From assembly GCA_963847185.1 (NCBI GenBank), contig CAWJYV010000007.1:192001-256000 (forward strand): 64,000 nt of DNA, read 5' to 3'. How positions within the stretch are numbered: position 1 is the stretch's first letter; every line of letters starts with the position of its first letter. Source of the DNA: an uncultured Methanosarcinaceae archaeon (GTDB lineage: Archaea > Halobacteriota > Methanosarcinia > Methanosarcinales > Methanosarcinaceae). This document shows, in pieces, positions 10,506-21,630 of the stretch. A program made the translations under genes and the position numbers. The notes beneath the pieces are model-generated. The model ran no database searches. It was not told the origin of the DNA and saw only the letters and a list, made by a program, of their open reading frames with translations.

Positions 10506-11984
10506 TCATATTCTGCAAACTTCACTTTTTCTGAGCCAGTCTATGTCGGACTGATAGAGGAGTCTCAAGTCTTTAAGCCCGAGTTTCAGCATAGCAAGCC
10601 TGCTGACTCCTAGACCCCAGGCAAGAACGGGTTCTTTGATCCCGAAAGGTTCGGTAACTTCCTTTCTGAAAACGCCTGCACCTCCGAGCTCAACCCAGCC
10701 AAGGCCGTCAACATAAACTTCAGGTTCCACGCTTGGCTCGGTATACGGGAAATATCCGGGACGGAAACGAATCTCTTCGAACCCCATCCTGTGATAGAAT
10801 TCTGCCAGAAGCCCTAAAAGGTCTGCAAAAGACATGTTTTTGTCCATTACAACTCCTTCAAGCTGCTCGAATTCGGGAGTATGGGTAGGGTCAATTGTCT
10901 CCCTGCGGTAAGCCCTGTCGATGCAGAAAGCTTTTACAGGGGGTTCTGGATTATCTGCCAGGTACTTGATTGTGACTGAGGTTGTATGGGTTCTCAACAC
11001 ATTGCGTCTGGCAAGTTCCCTATCCCAGGTTCCACCCCAGCCACAGGAGTCGATATCCCCTCCGCATTCGTGCATTGCTGCTACTCTGTCAGAGTATTCT
11101 TCTGGGAGCTTGCAGATACTGCCAAGGTGAAATGTGTCCTGCATATCTCTTGCCGGGTGATCCTGAGGCTGGAAAAGGGCATCGAAATTCCAGAAAGAAC
11201 TCTGAATAATTCCGCCTTTGATCTCGGTAAAGCCCATTTCCAGAAAAATCTGGCGCATCTGTTCTATAAGGCGCCTGTAAGGATGAATCTTGGACCCGTA
11301 GAGAGGCTTTGGAGTTATATCGAGTCTATATGGCCTGAATTTTTTCTCTTTCCACGCTCCGCTCTTAAGTAATTCGGATGTGATCTGGGCAATTTCTTCT
11401 TCAAGGACAAGCCCCTGGGCTGCAAGAGCCTTTCCTGTATCAGTTATGGAAACAGTTCTGGATTTCTCCTCATGCTTTACAACGAGTTTCCTCTTGAGAA
11501 GGTCCTTTACTGTTCCTTCGTCGGCTGCAAGCTCCTCAAGTGTTTTTGCTTTGCCTGCGAAAGCCACAAGTATCTCTTCATCTTTTCCGGCATCGGTTTT
11601 TCCGGAAGGGGCTATCACTCCATTTTCAACTTTTGCCCATCCTTTTTTTACGAGCCAGCCAGTAGCAATTCCTACCATTTGAGGAGAAAAGCATTTTCTT
11701 AAATCTTCAAGGGAAGTGGGGGCTTTGAGGGAATCAATAATCTGACGCTCCGGAAGCCCATTTTTCGTATAATCTTCTCCTTCACTGGTAAGGGAGTAAC
11801 TTTCGAGCACCTTTTCGGAAACTGAAGCCAGCCCTTTTTCCGCAAGCATGAAGGCTGCTTGCATTGCCGCATCTACCTGCAGCCCTGATTTTTCTTCCAA
11901 TCTTTCGGGAGCTGCAGATCCCAACTCTTCAAGGGCAAGCAAGACTTTTTTCTCGTTAATTGTGAGGTTTTCCTGAACACTCAT
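10506..11984 (-). CDS. pheS: Phenylalanine--tRNA ligase alpha subunit
   Basis: [50 protein letters not shown]. Confidence 0.97.
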   Translation of the reverse strand: MSVQENLTINEKKVLLALEELGSAAPERLEEKSGLQVDAAMQAAFMLAEKGLASVSEKVLESYSLTSEGEDYTKNGLPERQIIDSLKAPTSLEDLRKCFSPQMVGIATGWLVKKGWAKVENGVIAPSGKTDAGKDEEILVAFAGKAKTLEELAADEGTVKDLLKRKLVVKHEEKSRTVSITDTGKALAAQGLVLEEEIAQITSELLKSGAWKEKKFRPYRLDITPKPLYGSKIHPYRRLIEQMRQIFLEMGFTEIKGGIIQSSFWNFDALFQPQDHPARDMQDTFHLGSICKLPEEYSDRVAAMHECGGDIDSCGWGGTWDRELARRNVLRTHTTSVTIKYLADNPEPPVKAFCIDRAYRRETIDPTHTPEFEQLEGVVMDKNMSFADLLGLLAEFYHRMGFEEIRFRPGYFPYTEPSVEPEVYVDGLGWVELGGAGVFRKEVTEPFGIKEPVLAWGLGVSRLAMLKLGLKDLRLLYQSDIDWLRKSEVCRI

Positions 11985-12099
11985 ACATGATCATATCCTG
12001 AGATTCCTGAAACTATTAAGAGCTTGATATTAGAGTTTAATGAGTTTGCTACAGTTTAATACTTGAGTTTAACGAGTTATTAGAATTTGGTACATTGAT

Positions 12100-13575
12100 T
12101 TAATTTTTGTAAATAATTCTATATTCATCGAGGTGTTCCCTTGCAAGTTCACGTTTTTCCTGATGATCTTTGAGGAACTCATACATTTTTTCTGCTGCAA
12201 GCTGTTTACATGAGCCGCACATTCTGGTTCCGCAGACACACTCCTCTCTGATTTCCAGCAGTTCTTCATCGTCTTCTATCAGGTGGAAAAGCATTAGTTC
12301 AAAGACAGAGCATTCATCAGGTTTTCCACCCAGTTTTTTCTGTTCCTCAAGGGTCACACAGCCTCCTGTCTTTGCTCTCTTCACCTTTTTTGCCCCTTCT
12401 TTCGGGTCATCCGTAAGAGCAATATGACTGTCAGGAATGCTGCTTGACATTTTTCCTCCCTGCAGCCCGCTCATGAAGCGATGATACGTAGACGCAGGGG
12501 GAATGAAAGCATAGCCTCCGAACTCAGTTGTGACTTCTGCCACAACTTCTTCAAGGATTTTCCTTGTTGTTTTCCAGATTTTTCTAAAAACGAAGTATTT
12601 TTCATACTCAGAAAATTCAGGTGGCTTAGCTCCATTAGCAAATTTAGCGATTTCCTGAATCTGGGTCATGAAGTATTCCCTTTTCTCAGGCTGGCTTATT
12701 TGTAAACCAAACCTTTCAAGGAATGCATAGTCAGGGGTCTGGAGTACATCAATGTGCTCTTCATAGAGCTTTACTTTCCCAGGAATGCGCTTTTTGAGTT
12801 CCTGCAAAGCTTCCTTTGGAGCCCCTTTTCCGCGAATGCTGAGGTACTTTCCGCCGTTTGCTGTTTCTCTCTCCTCGATCCTGAACATGTTCATTTTGCC
12901 TGCAAGTCCCCGTGTCAGCCGAAGGTGAGGGTCCTGGTCAGGGCCTACAGGAACTACAACAGGTTTTGGACCTCCGAATTCTTCTAACTGGGGCTGGAGG
13001 ATATCTGCAGCCTGAGTTGCCACGCTGAGCATATGGGAAAGGTTTGTTTCTCCTGAAAAACCGTATATGGCGCTCAGTTCTGAGAAATTGACCTTAGCTC
13101 CGAGTTCAAATGCCAGATCTTTTACGCTTCCGCACCCTGACTGGAAGTAAATAAGGCCATCTGGCTTAAAACCAAGGGCAATAAGGCTTAAAATATACTC
13201 TTCTACTCCTATTTCTCTGCACTTCTGCCAGGAAAAACCGCGTACTGAAAATGCTTCTCTGTCCGCAATCCCAACAAAGGCGGAAGCTCCTCTTTCCTGG
13301 TGCCAGATAATCTGGTCCATAACCATTTTGTGTCCAAGGTGAACTCTTCCGGAGGGCATGAACCCGTCCATAACCGAAAAAGGGGCACCTGTCCTCATCG
13401 CCTCTGCAATCTGTTCGTAATCACGGTGCCCGAAGATAACTCTTCTCCGCATGTACATATGCGGGGATGGGATTTCAGGAAGCAAATTATCGAAAGGAGA
13501 AATCCCGAATTCTTCGAATAACTTAGAATAGTCAGTAATGTCGCTTGAACTCCATGGGTCAAGTTTATTAGTCAT
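12100..13575 (-). CDS. trpS: Tryptophan--tRNA ligase
   Basis: [12 protein letters not shown] (HIGH), [24 protein letters not shown]. Confidence 0.96.
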   Translation of the reverse strand: MTNKLDPWSSSDITDYSKLFEEFGISPFDNLLPEIPSPHMYMRRRVIFGHRDYEQIAEAMRTGAPFSVMDGFMPSGRVHLGHKMVMDQIIWHQERGASAFVGIADREAFSVRGFSWQKCREIGVEEYILSLIALGFKPDGLIYFQSGCGSVKDLAFELGAKVNFSELSAIYGFSGETNLSHMLSVATQAADILQPQLEEFGGPKPVVVPVGPDQDPHLRLTRGLAGKMNMFRIEERETANGGKYLSIRGKGAPKEALQELKKRIPGKVKLYEEHIDVLQTPDYAFLERFGLQISQPEKREYFMTQIQEIAKFANGAKPPEFSEYEKYFVFRKIWKTTRKILEEVVAEVTTEFGGYAFIPPASTYHRFMSGLQGGKMSSSIPDSHIALTDDPKEGAKKVKRAKTGGCVTLEEQKKLGGKPDECSVFELMLFHLIEDDEELLEIREECVCGTRMCGSCKQLAAEKMYEFLKDHQEKRELAREHLDEYRIIYKN

Positions 13576-13960
13576 AAAGTCCCTCGTTGGCCGCCGATTT
13601 TCTGGGGAAAAGCCTCAGGCAGGCAGCTTTCTCTTGCTGAAAATAAAAAGCTAATAACGTTACTCCAGCTAAATCTCTCTTTAAAAATACCTGCTCATAT
13701 GTAAATGTTTATCCTTGGGCGGTCAGTTCCAGAAATTTGCTTTCACTTTATTCTTTTTGATTTACCTTATGCTCTTTTATTGACTGTTTTCTTTTATCTT
13801 CTTTATCCTGCAGGTTATCTGGCAGATCCTGCTGAATATAAGATAAGGAAAAAGGAACAGGCAAAAGTAACGACAAAAATACTGAAAAGAGATAGCTATA
13901 AAACCAGCTCTCAAAAAATGTATAATTTCCTGAAAATCATTCTTTAAAAAGATTATAAGG

Positions 13961-15172
13961 TTATTTCCTGTAAACCTTTTCAAAAGTATAAGGCAATTTC
14001 GCTCCTTCCGGGATTCTGTCAATGAATTCCAGAAACTCAGGGTCATGCATTGGAGTCAGGTTTTTCTGCTTCTGGAAATAAGGATAATTCCTGATTTTCT
14101 GCCAGAGTTCTTTCAATGGCTCATTTTTTACATTCCCAAAACTGAAAGGAGGGTAAGGACTGGGCTTCACGTCGCCGTCTGCTGTTACGTGCATCCAGCG
14201 CCTGCCTGCCATTGCGCCCATCATCTGTCCTTCAAAATAAGTGTTAGAAAACATTCGAGGACCTTCAGGATTTGAATTTATTCTGTGATACATTTCCAGA
14301 ATAGTTTTTCTGTTCTCATCAGTAATTGCAGGCTCATTTCTATTTTTAGGCATGGCTTCCCAGACTGAAAACTCCTGAACCCCAAGTTCCGATGCAAGGG
14401 CGTAAAGGGCTGGAAGCTCCTGTATGTTTGAAGAAGATGTATGGGTTGTCATTACTACCAGGAGTCCTGCTTCAAGGGCCAGTTTTATTGCAGATACAGC
14501 TCTTTCGTAAGCTCCTTTGGACTTTCTTATGGCATCATGTTTTTCAGGATTTGTTGAATAAATGCCTACCATCAGGGAATAAAGCCCTGCTTCTTTGAGG
14601 CGGAGGGCAGTTTCTTTTGAAAAATTCGTGCCCCATGTGGAGCAGTTCACTATGGCCTGTTTTTTGTCCACATAACTGATAAGTTCGAAAACCTCTTCCC
14701 TCAGAAGAGGGTCATTTTCGGTAAATGTGATAATGAAAGAACCAAGTTCAAGGGCTTCATCTATTATTCTTTTTATAGTGCGTGAATCCAGTTCGTCTGC
14801 AACTGTTCCTGGAGGATATCTTGAACTGTTCTGGCGGGTAAGCTCAATAGATACGGTTTCTGGAATATATTTTCCCAGAGCGATTTGAATTTCTGCAAAA
14901 ATCAGCCGTTTTAATACAGGACCAGGTATTGGAGGAAGCCAGGCCGAGGCAATGACTCTATCTTCCAGTACAAGAGCTGGCTTTTCTTCCTGCAGGCGGG
15001 AGTTAATCTTTTTAAGGATGGGGCTGCAAGCTGCTTTTAGAGTCCCGCTTGCTGTAAGTTCCAGGTTCTCCCCTTTATGCCGAAGGCTCACTGATATTCC
15101 GGGCATGGAAAGGACTTCTATATTTTTATCCTTTAATATGGATTTTGGGGGATTTGCTTTTTCAGAAGTCAT
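13961..15172 (-). CDS. Radical SAM/SPASM-fold protein lacking the CxxxCxxC and SPASM cysteines
   Basis: SIELTR..., ITFTENDPLLR (GGEP position), HDAIR..GAYERAV, AGRRWMHVTADGDVKPSPY..FSFGN; only 2 Cys in the protein. Confidence 0.8.
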   Translation of the reverse strand: MTSEKANPPKSILKDKNIEVLSMPGISVSLRHKGENLELTASGTLKAACSPILKKINSRLQEEKPALVLEDRVIASAWLPPIPGPVLKRLIFAEIQIALGKYIPETVSIELTRQNSSRYPPGTVADELDSRTIKRIIDEALELGSFIITFTENDPLLREEVFELISYVDKKQAIVNCSTWGTNFSKETALRLKEAGLYSLMVGIYSTNPEKHDAIRKSKGAYERAVSAIKLALEAGLLVVMTTHTSSSNIQELPALYALASELGVQEFSVWEAMPKNRNEPAITDENRKTILEMYHRINSNPEGPRMFSNTYFEGQMMGAMAGRRWMHVTADGDVKPSPYPPFSFGNVKNEPLKELWQKIRNYPYFQKQKNLTPMHDPEFLEFIDRIPEGAKLPYTFEKVYRK

Positions 15173-15440
15173 TTTTCTCACACTTTCCTGACTTTATTGT
15201 TGTGCTTAGCTGGCAGATGTTTTGAATCACTAATAGATTTTTCGGCGGCTGAACTCAGGAAATTTTCGAATTAAAAAAATCGTCTAAAGAAAGTCGTCTA
15301 AAGAACATCTAAAATTTTAAAAATAGGAAATATCGAATGTAAATTCTTAAAATAAGACTTAAAAGACTTAAGCTGTCCGGGCACGAGAACTGAATAGAGA
15401 AGTAGTCGGCCTGGACTGCCTTAATGAAAAAAGCTTAACC

Positions 15441-16052
15441 TCAGGCTGCTCTCTCTGAGAAGGCGAGGTTTCCACTGATTTTCTTTATTTTTACTTTGAC
15501 CACGTCGCCTTTTGAGGCTCCGGGCACGAAAACCGTATACTTATCAATCTTAGCTATCCCGTCACCTTTGGATCCTACGGCATCAATCCGGAGTTCGTAA
15601 ATTCCTCCTTCTTCGATGGCGTCCCTGACAACCACATTGCTTACCTTTCTCTTTTTGACAGGTCTGTGAGCTCCGCAAGCAGAACATTTCAGGACAAGTA
15701 CCCTCTCTACCCTTACAAGCTGGGTGTCAGGGCGTTTGCATTCCGAACACATGACGTATTCGTCCACATAGGCCTGAATGTTATCAGTAATCTGAGCTCT
15801 CGTAAACCTTCCCTGGAAGACTGCGCGTGTACCTTCTATCTTCCCTGCAGTCCCCAGTTCCCTGGTGAGATACTTCATCAGGTGGTCAGGGTCCCGGTTA
15901 AGGATATCTGCAATATTTCCGAAGTTATCCAGAATTGTGGTTTTACCTTCGGAAAAGAGTCTTGGCTCAGGGATTACGAATCGAGCATCCGTAGTCTCAG
16001 TGTCAGGCATCTTTGCCATTGCACGGTTCAAAAGCTCTTCGTAATCGTACAT
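15441..16052 (-). CDS. eif2b: Translation initiation factor aIF-2 beta with C-terminal TRAM domain
   Basis: [24 protein letters not shown]...CSACGA zinc ribbon, [12 protein letters not shown]. Confidence 0.95.
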   Translation of the reverse strand: MYDYEELLNRAMAKMPDTETTDARFVIPEPRLFSEGKTTILDNFGNIADILNRDPDHLMKYLTRELGTAGKIEGTRAVFQGRFTRAQITDNIQAYVDEYVMCSECKRPDTQLVRVERVLVLKCSACGAHRPVKKRKVSNVVVRDAIEEGGIYELRIDAVGSKGDGIAKIDKYTVFVPGASKGDVVKVKIKKISGNLAFSERAA

Positions 16053-16099
16053 ATTATGCTCCTTTTGATCTTAACAGTTTAACTGGTTATTGTAACTGG

Positions 16100-16720
<621 letters not shown>

Positions 16721-16917
16721 TTAGCAAACCATTCAGTATGAGATATGTGCATATAGAGATACCTGCCTGTATTTACATTTATCTGTAAACCTGCCCTGTG
16801 GGCTTAAGCAGGCAGCTTCTGCATTTCCGGGTACATTGGCATGGTTTTCCGGAATTGAATTTTTATAACCCCTGAAAATTTATATATTCTGGGCTTAAGT
16901 GACTTACTTCCTACTAC

Positions 16918-18039
16918 TTAGTGGTTTATAAGTTTTATTGATGGTTCCGGGTACTTCTCAAAAAATCCTGCGAGTAGCCCAAAACAGCCTGAAAGCATCA
17001 TGCTCCCGAAAGGTGCGGCAAAATGAAGCTTTTTAAAGATCTCCTGCCTGACCTCCGAATCCTGAACTTTTTCAAGCATTTCTCTTTTCGGCCCTGTGAC
17101 CATTATAGAGCGAATTTGTTCAAATCCAGGAGCTTCCTTTATATACGCACCGTGCCCGTCATCATCAAAGACTTCTTCAAAACCAAGCTTCCCATCGGCA
17201 AGCCTTGTAATATAATCCTGAAGTTTTTCGGCGTTCATAAGGAAACTGTGGTGCTCAAAAACTGCCGTAATCCTGTTTTCATTTACAATAGCTCCCAGAG
17301 TATGCCCGTTTCCAATATTAACCACCACAGAAGGCTGTACGGCTGCAGGATCAGTAAGAGCCCCAAAGATGGCTGCAGGTCCTGTATCCATGAAAACTGC
17401 CTTTATTTTCGGATTCCCGGTAGTTTTGAGAAGGGAGTCTGCCTGGGCTTTCATTCTGGTAAAAGCCTCAGGGATTTCTTCAGGCCTGTATACAAAGTTT
17501 TCAAGCTCTCCTCCCTTTTCAATGAGTTCTCTAAGCAGCTCAAAACGGTAAACCCTATTACTCTTCTCAGGAGCGTTCCCATGGTCCTGTACCGCCACAG
17601 CATAGTTTGTCGGCATCTGAACCTCAAAGACCGAAAATGCAGACAAAATTGATTCCGGATCGAAGTCCTGCATAACAATTTCCAGCGTATTTTCCTCAGA
17701 TGCAAGCTTTTTTGCTTCCTCTTCGGAGACAATTTGAATCCCGAAAGCCTTAACTTTTTCAATGTTATCATTGATAGTCAGAGCAGCCTTTTCTGTCGCA
17801 TAAACAGGAAATCCTGCCTTTATATGGTCCCTTATAGCAAATGCTGAAGGCCCTCCCCCCATTATGTTTCCGGTAAGCACTATTGTCTTTCCCTTTTTGG
17901 TCGCCTTCCGCACCTTTTTCGCAATGATCTGGGTAGGGGCAGGCATGACCATAAGCAGGCTGTTTTCCACTTCTTTTTTCGAATTAAAAAGCAGAATGTC
18001 CTGTGTGCCTGTTCCTACATCCGCTGCAAGTATAAGCAT
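16918..18039 (-). CDS. DUF1786 family protein (ASKHA-like fold)
   Basis: DVGTGTQDIL, MGGGP, AVQDHG, MDTGPAA, NIGNGHT, FEHH, MMLSGCFGL. Confidence 0.8.
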   Translation of the reverse strand: MLILAADVGTGTQDILLFNSKKEVENSLLMVMPAPTQIIAKKVRKATKKGKTIVLTGNIMGGGPSAFAIRDHIKAGFPVYATEKAALTINDNIEKVKAFGIQIVSEEEAKKLASEENTLEIVMQDFDPESILSAFSVFEVQMPTNYAVAVQDHGNAPEKSNRVYRFELLRELIEKGGELENFVYRPEEIPEAFTRMKAQADSLLKTTGNPKIKAVFMDTGPAAIFGALTDPAAVQPSVVVNIGNGHTLGAIVNENRITAVFEHHSFLMNAEKLQDYITRLADGKLGFEEVFDDDGHGAYIKEAPGFEQIRSIMVTGPKREMLEKVQDSEVRQEIFKKLHFAAPFGSMMLSGCFGLLAGFFEKYPEPSIKLINH

Positions 18040-18151
18040 ACTTGAGCATTGGCTGATAAGTTATTAAAATATAGGGCGGAAAGTAAAAGTAAAAAAGAAG
18101 CTAGATAACAGGAAACTGAATAAAAGGAACAAAAATGGAGAGCGTTGTTTC

Positions 18152-18691
18152 ATGAAAGAATCCACACCTGAAATTCACAAAAAAGAAGCTAAAAAATCCT
18201 TTTCTTTTGCCTTAATTACAATTTCTACCTCAAGATATGAAAAATACGGAAATTCTGCCTCGCCTGAAGAAGCTGAAGACCTTTCAGGAAAAGCCATGAA
18301 GGATCTTCTTGAAGCCGCTGGCCATAAAGTTTCTTTCTACAGGCTGGTTTCCGATGAAAAGACCTCAATTACAGAGGCAGTTTTTGCCGCCCTGGAAAGT
18401 TCTGCAGATATCGTAGTTACAAGCGGGGGTACGGGACTTGCCCCAAAAGACGTCACAATCGAGTCTATAACTCCAATTTTTGAAAAAGAAATTCCAGGCT
18501 TTGGAGAACTTTTCAGGTACAAAAGCCTTGAAGAAATAGGAACATCGGTAATCCTTACCAGAGCTTCAGCAGGCGTGATTAAAGGAAAAGCGGTATTCTG
18601 TCTCCCAGGTTCTCCGAATGCAGTAAAACTGGCTCTTTCCAAAATTATCATTCCCGAAGCCGGCCATATTGTCAGGCATGTGAGGGAATAA
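18152..18691 (+). CDS. moaB: Molybdenum cofactor biosynthesis protein MoaB/MogA
   Basis: TISTSR, DLSG, TSGGTGLAPKDVTIE, PGFGELFR, LPGSPNAV. Confidence 0.92.
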   Translation: MKESTPEIHKKEAKKSFSFALITISTSRYEKYGNSASPEEAEDLSGKAMKDLLEAAGHKVSFYRLVSDEKTSITEAVFAALESSADIVVTSGGTGLAPKDVTIESITPIFEKEIPGFGELFRYKSLEEIGTSVILTRASAGVIKGKAVFCLPGSPNAVKLALSKIIIPEAGHIVRHVRE

Positions 18692-18909
18692 ACCTGAAGC
18701 TGGTAAGTATACAGGGAAATATTTCAAAGGGGACAGTGAAGAACTGAATGGGCTTATTTTTCTCAAAACCTTTGTTTGTTCGTGGTTTTAAATCCCAGTC
18801 CCTATCACCGTTCGCCATGCGAACGGCTTTCCCATAACGTAAATTCAAAAACCAATATCTTCATACCGTATCATATGAATGCAAGTGATAACATACTGTG
18901 AAGTAAATT

Positions 18910-21401
18910 TCACTTTTGTTCCATTTTAGCCTTAAGAGCCTGAATATTTTTTTCAGTTGCCTTGAAAAGTGGATGATCAGAACCAAGTTTACTCTCAAAT
19001 ATCTTCAGGGCCCTCTCAATCAAAGGTAAGGCTTCTTGATATCTTTCAGTACAATAATAAAGTGCTGAGAGATTGTTTAGAGTTGTTGCAACTTCTGGGT
19101 GTTCCATCCCCAGCACCTTTTCACGAATTTCAAGTGCCCTTTTACATAGTGGAAATGCTTTTTCGTAATCTATCATGCTTTCATATAGTAATGCGAGATT
19201 GTTTAGTGTTGTTGCAACTTCTGGGTGTCTTGGCCCCAAGACCTTTTCACGAATTTCAAGTGCTCTTTCATAAAGTGGTAGTGCTTTTTCGTGATTCCCC
19301 ATACTTTTATAGAGTAATGCAAGATTGTTTAGTATTGTTGCAACATCTGGGTGTTTTGGACGAACACCTTTTCACGAATTTCAAGTGCCCTTTCATAAAG
19401 TGGTAGTGCCTTTTCGTACTCCTCCATTTGACGATAGAGTTCTGCGAGACTGTTTAGTGTTATTGCAACATCTGGGTGTTTTGGACCGAACATCTTCTCA
19501 CGAATTTCAAGTGCCTTTTTATTAAGAGGTAATGCTTTTTCGTACTCCCCCATACTTTTATAGAGTCCTGCGAGATTGTTTAGTGTTGTTGCAACGAATG
19601 GGTGTTCAGGTCCCAGCACTTTTTCATAAATGTTAAGTGCTCTTTTATAAAGTGGGAGTGTTTTTTCGTACTCTCCCATACTTTTATAGAGTAGTGCGAG
19701 ATCGTTTAGTGTTGTTGCAACATTTGGGTGTTCAGGTCCCAGCACCTTTTCATGAATGTCAAGTGCCTTTTTATAAAGAGGTAATGCTTTTTCGTACTCT
19801 CCCAAATTTTCATAGAGTCCTGCTAGATTGTTTAGTGTTGTTGCAACATCTGGGTGTTCATGCCCGAGTTTTGTTTCCAGAATTTGAAGCATTTCTTCAT
19901 GTATTGGGGTAATTAATTGCCAGAATGCCGCTCTGTAGAACGGATCAGATACAGAAATAAACCAATTGAGCAGATCTTCTGCTTCAAGTGCCTCTTTTGA
20001 ATGGTAGAAGGCTTCGGTAAGGGCTAATTCGTGTTCAGAAGTAATTGTCCTAATATCTATGTCCTCAAGTTTATTAGTATAATAATCACTAATGGCTTTA
20101 TGAATTTTTTTTACTGAATCTGGTCTTTTCTTTTCCTGAGTTTTTTGAAGAGATTCCTGCATCAACTGGTGCATCTGATATCTGTTGTTTTCGGCTTTGC
20201 TAATAAAAGAAAAACTGCAGAGTTCTTCGTAATTAGTTGTGGGATATCCTGTGTTGAACTCTTTTACTAGATATTCAAATAGGTCATAATCCCAGAAATG
20301 GGGAATAGAAAGGACATTCAATGCGCTCTTTTCTTCAGGACTTAAAAATTTAAAGAATCTATCTGTGATTTTTTGATGTGTATCTCCAAAGTCTTCAGGT
20401 TTTGGCTTCCTAGTTTCCATAACCCCTTCATAGATGTAGACAGATAGTTCCAGATAATATGGAACGCCTTTACTCCCTTTAAATATGGCTTCCTGTATAT
20501 CTTTATCATAAATTTTTTGGCTTTCAAGATATTTTATACAGAAATCTTCCGACAGTTCTTCTACCTTATACTGGGTAAAGTATTCACTCCATCCGCAGTC
20601 TATTTCTTCCCACTTAAGAGCTTCTTTGCCGCAAATAACCCACAGTACTTTTCTTGGCAGCCGGGGGATTAGCTCTTCTCGTATCCATTCATCTCGGGAA
20701 TGGCCGTCACTTCTATGGTTTTCCCACAGGGCTTCGTATGTGTCTATAAATAAAACCGCAGATTTTGAAGCGTGTTCCAGATAATTATTGAGGTCCTGTG
20801 CCCAGAAATAGGGAAGAGTCTCTTCAATTTCCAATGCTTCTTTTTCTGAAAGATGTAAAAGCTCCTCTTCTCCATTCACCCACCATTTTCTAAAATAGTC
20901 AGGAAGATTTTTTAATAATCTTGCAGTAGCAGGCACGATACTAAAATAAGGTATTTTCTCGACAACTCCAAAATAGTCATCAAAAGCATTGTCACCTTCA
21001 AAAAACAGGTAGTTATCTTTTCTTAGAGGAATTTCCGGATTTGCCTTTTTCCAGTAAATAGCATGTGCAATTTCAAAAGCAGGGAAGTGTATTTTGTGTT
21101 TCTTTTGTAGCTCATTTTTTAAGCTTACCAAAAAGGTATTTTTCTCTCTGTGTTTTTCTAGGCGGAAGTCTATTGAAGCCCATACAGTTTTACGATATTG
21201 GTATTCTCTGTTGTGTTTTTCCAAGTGCTTTGGAAATTCTTTCCTTAAACTTGTTTTACCAATACCGGCAACCCCATAATACACAAGTATGCTGAATTTT
21301 TTTTGCCCAATATTATATACAGTTTCTTTGAAGTTCTGAATATGACCTTCCCTATCAACAAAAGGTTGTTGTTTAAAGGGATTTTTGGGGGCAATTACCA
21401 T
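18910..21401 (-). CDS. STAND-type P-loop NTPase with seven 42-aa TPR repeats, split by a 1-nt deletion at ~19361
   Basis: FVDRE, GVAGIGKT (Walker A), LFIDTYE (Walker B), GVPYYL (GxP); HPxVAxTLNNLA repeats continue across ORFs 19329-21401 and 18910-19302. Confidence 0.85.
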
Positions 21402-21630
21402 GGAATTCCTCTATAAATGGTCTTGAAATCAGAACATTTTGTTTGTGGAACTATTTTCAACTTGTACTATATTACACTGCTGAAATCTTTCAATTTCAAA
21501 AATCAGACAATGGAGGCTCATTAATAATAAAATCGAAATTTTTCCGGAATACCGATTGTAGAATCAAGGGAACTTTGAAACGGCTTGCTCCATATCATTT
21601 TTAATATATCTTCCTTCTTTATACAAATAT

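Noticed and set aside
19000-19880. 126-bp DNA repeats as a non-coding array
   Set aside because: Fully explained by TPR coding repeats; the + strand ORFs here are antisense shadows.
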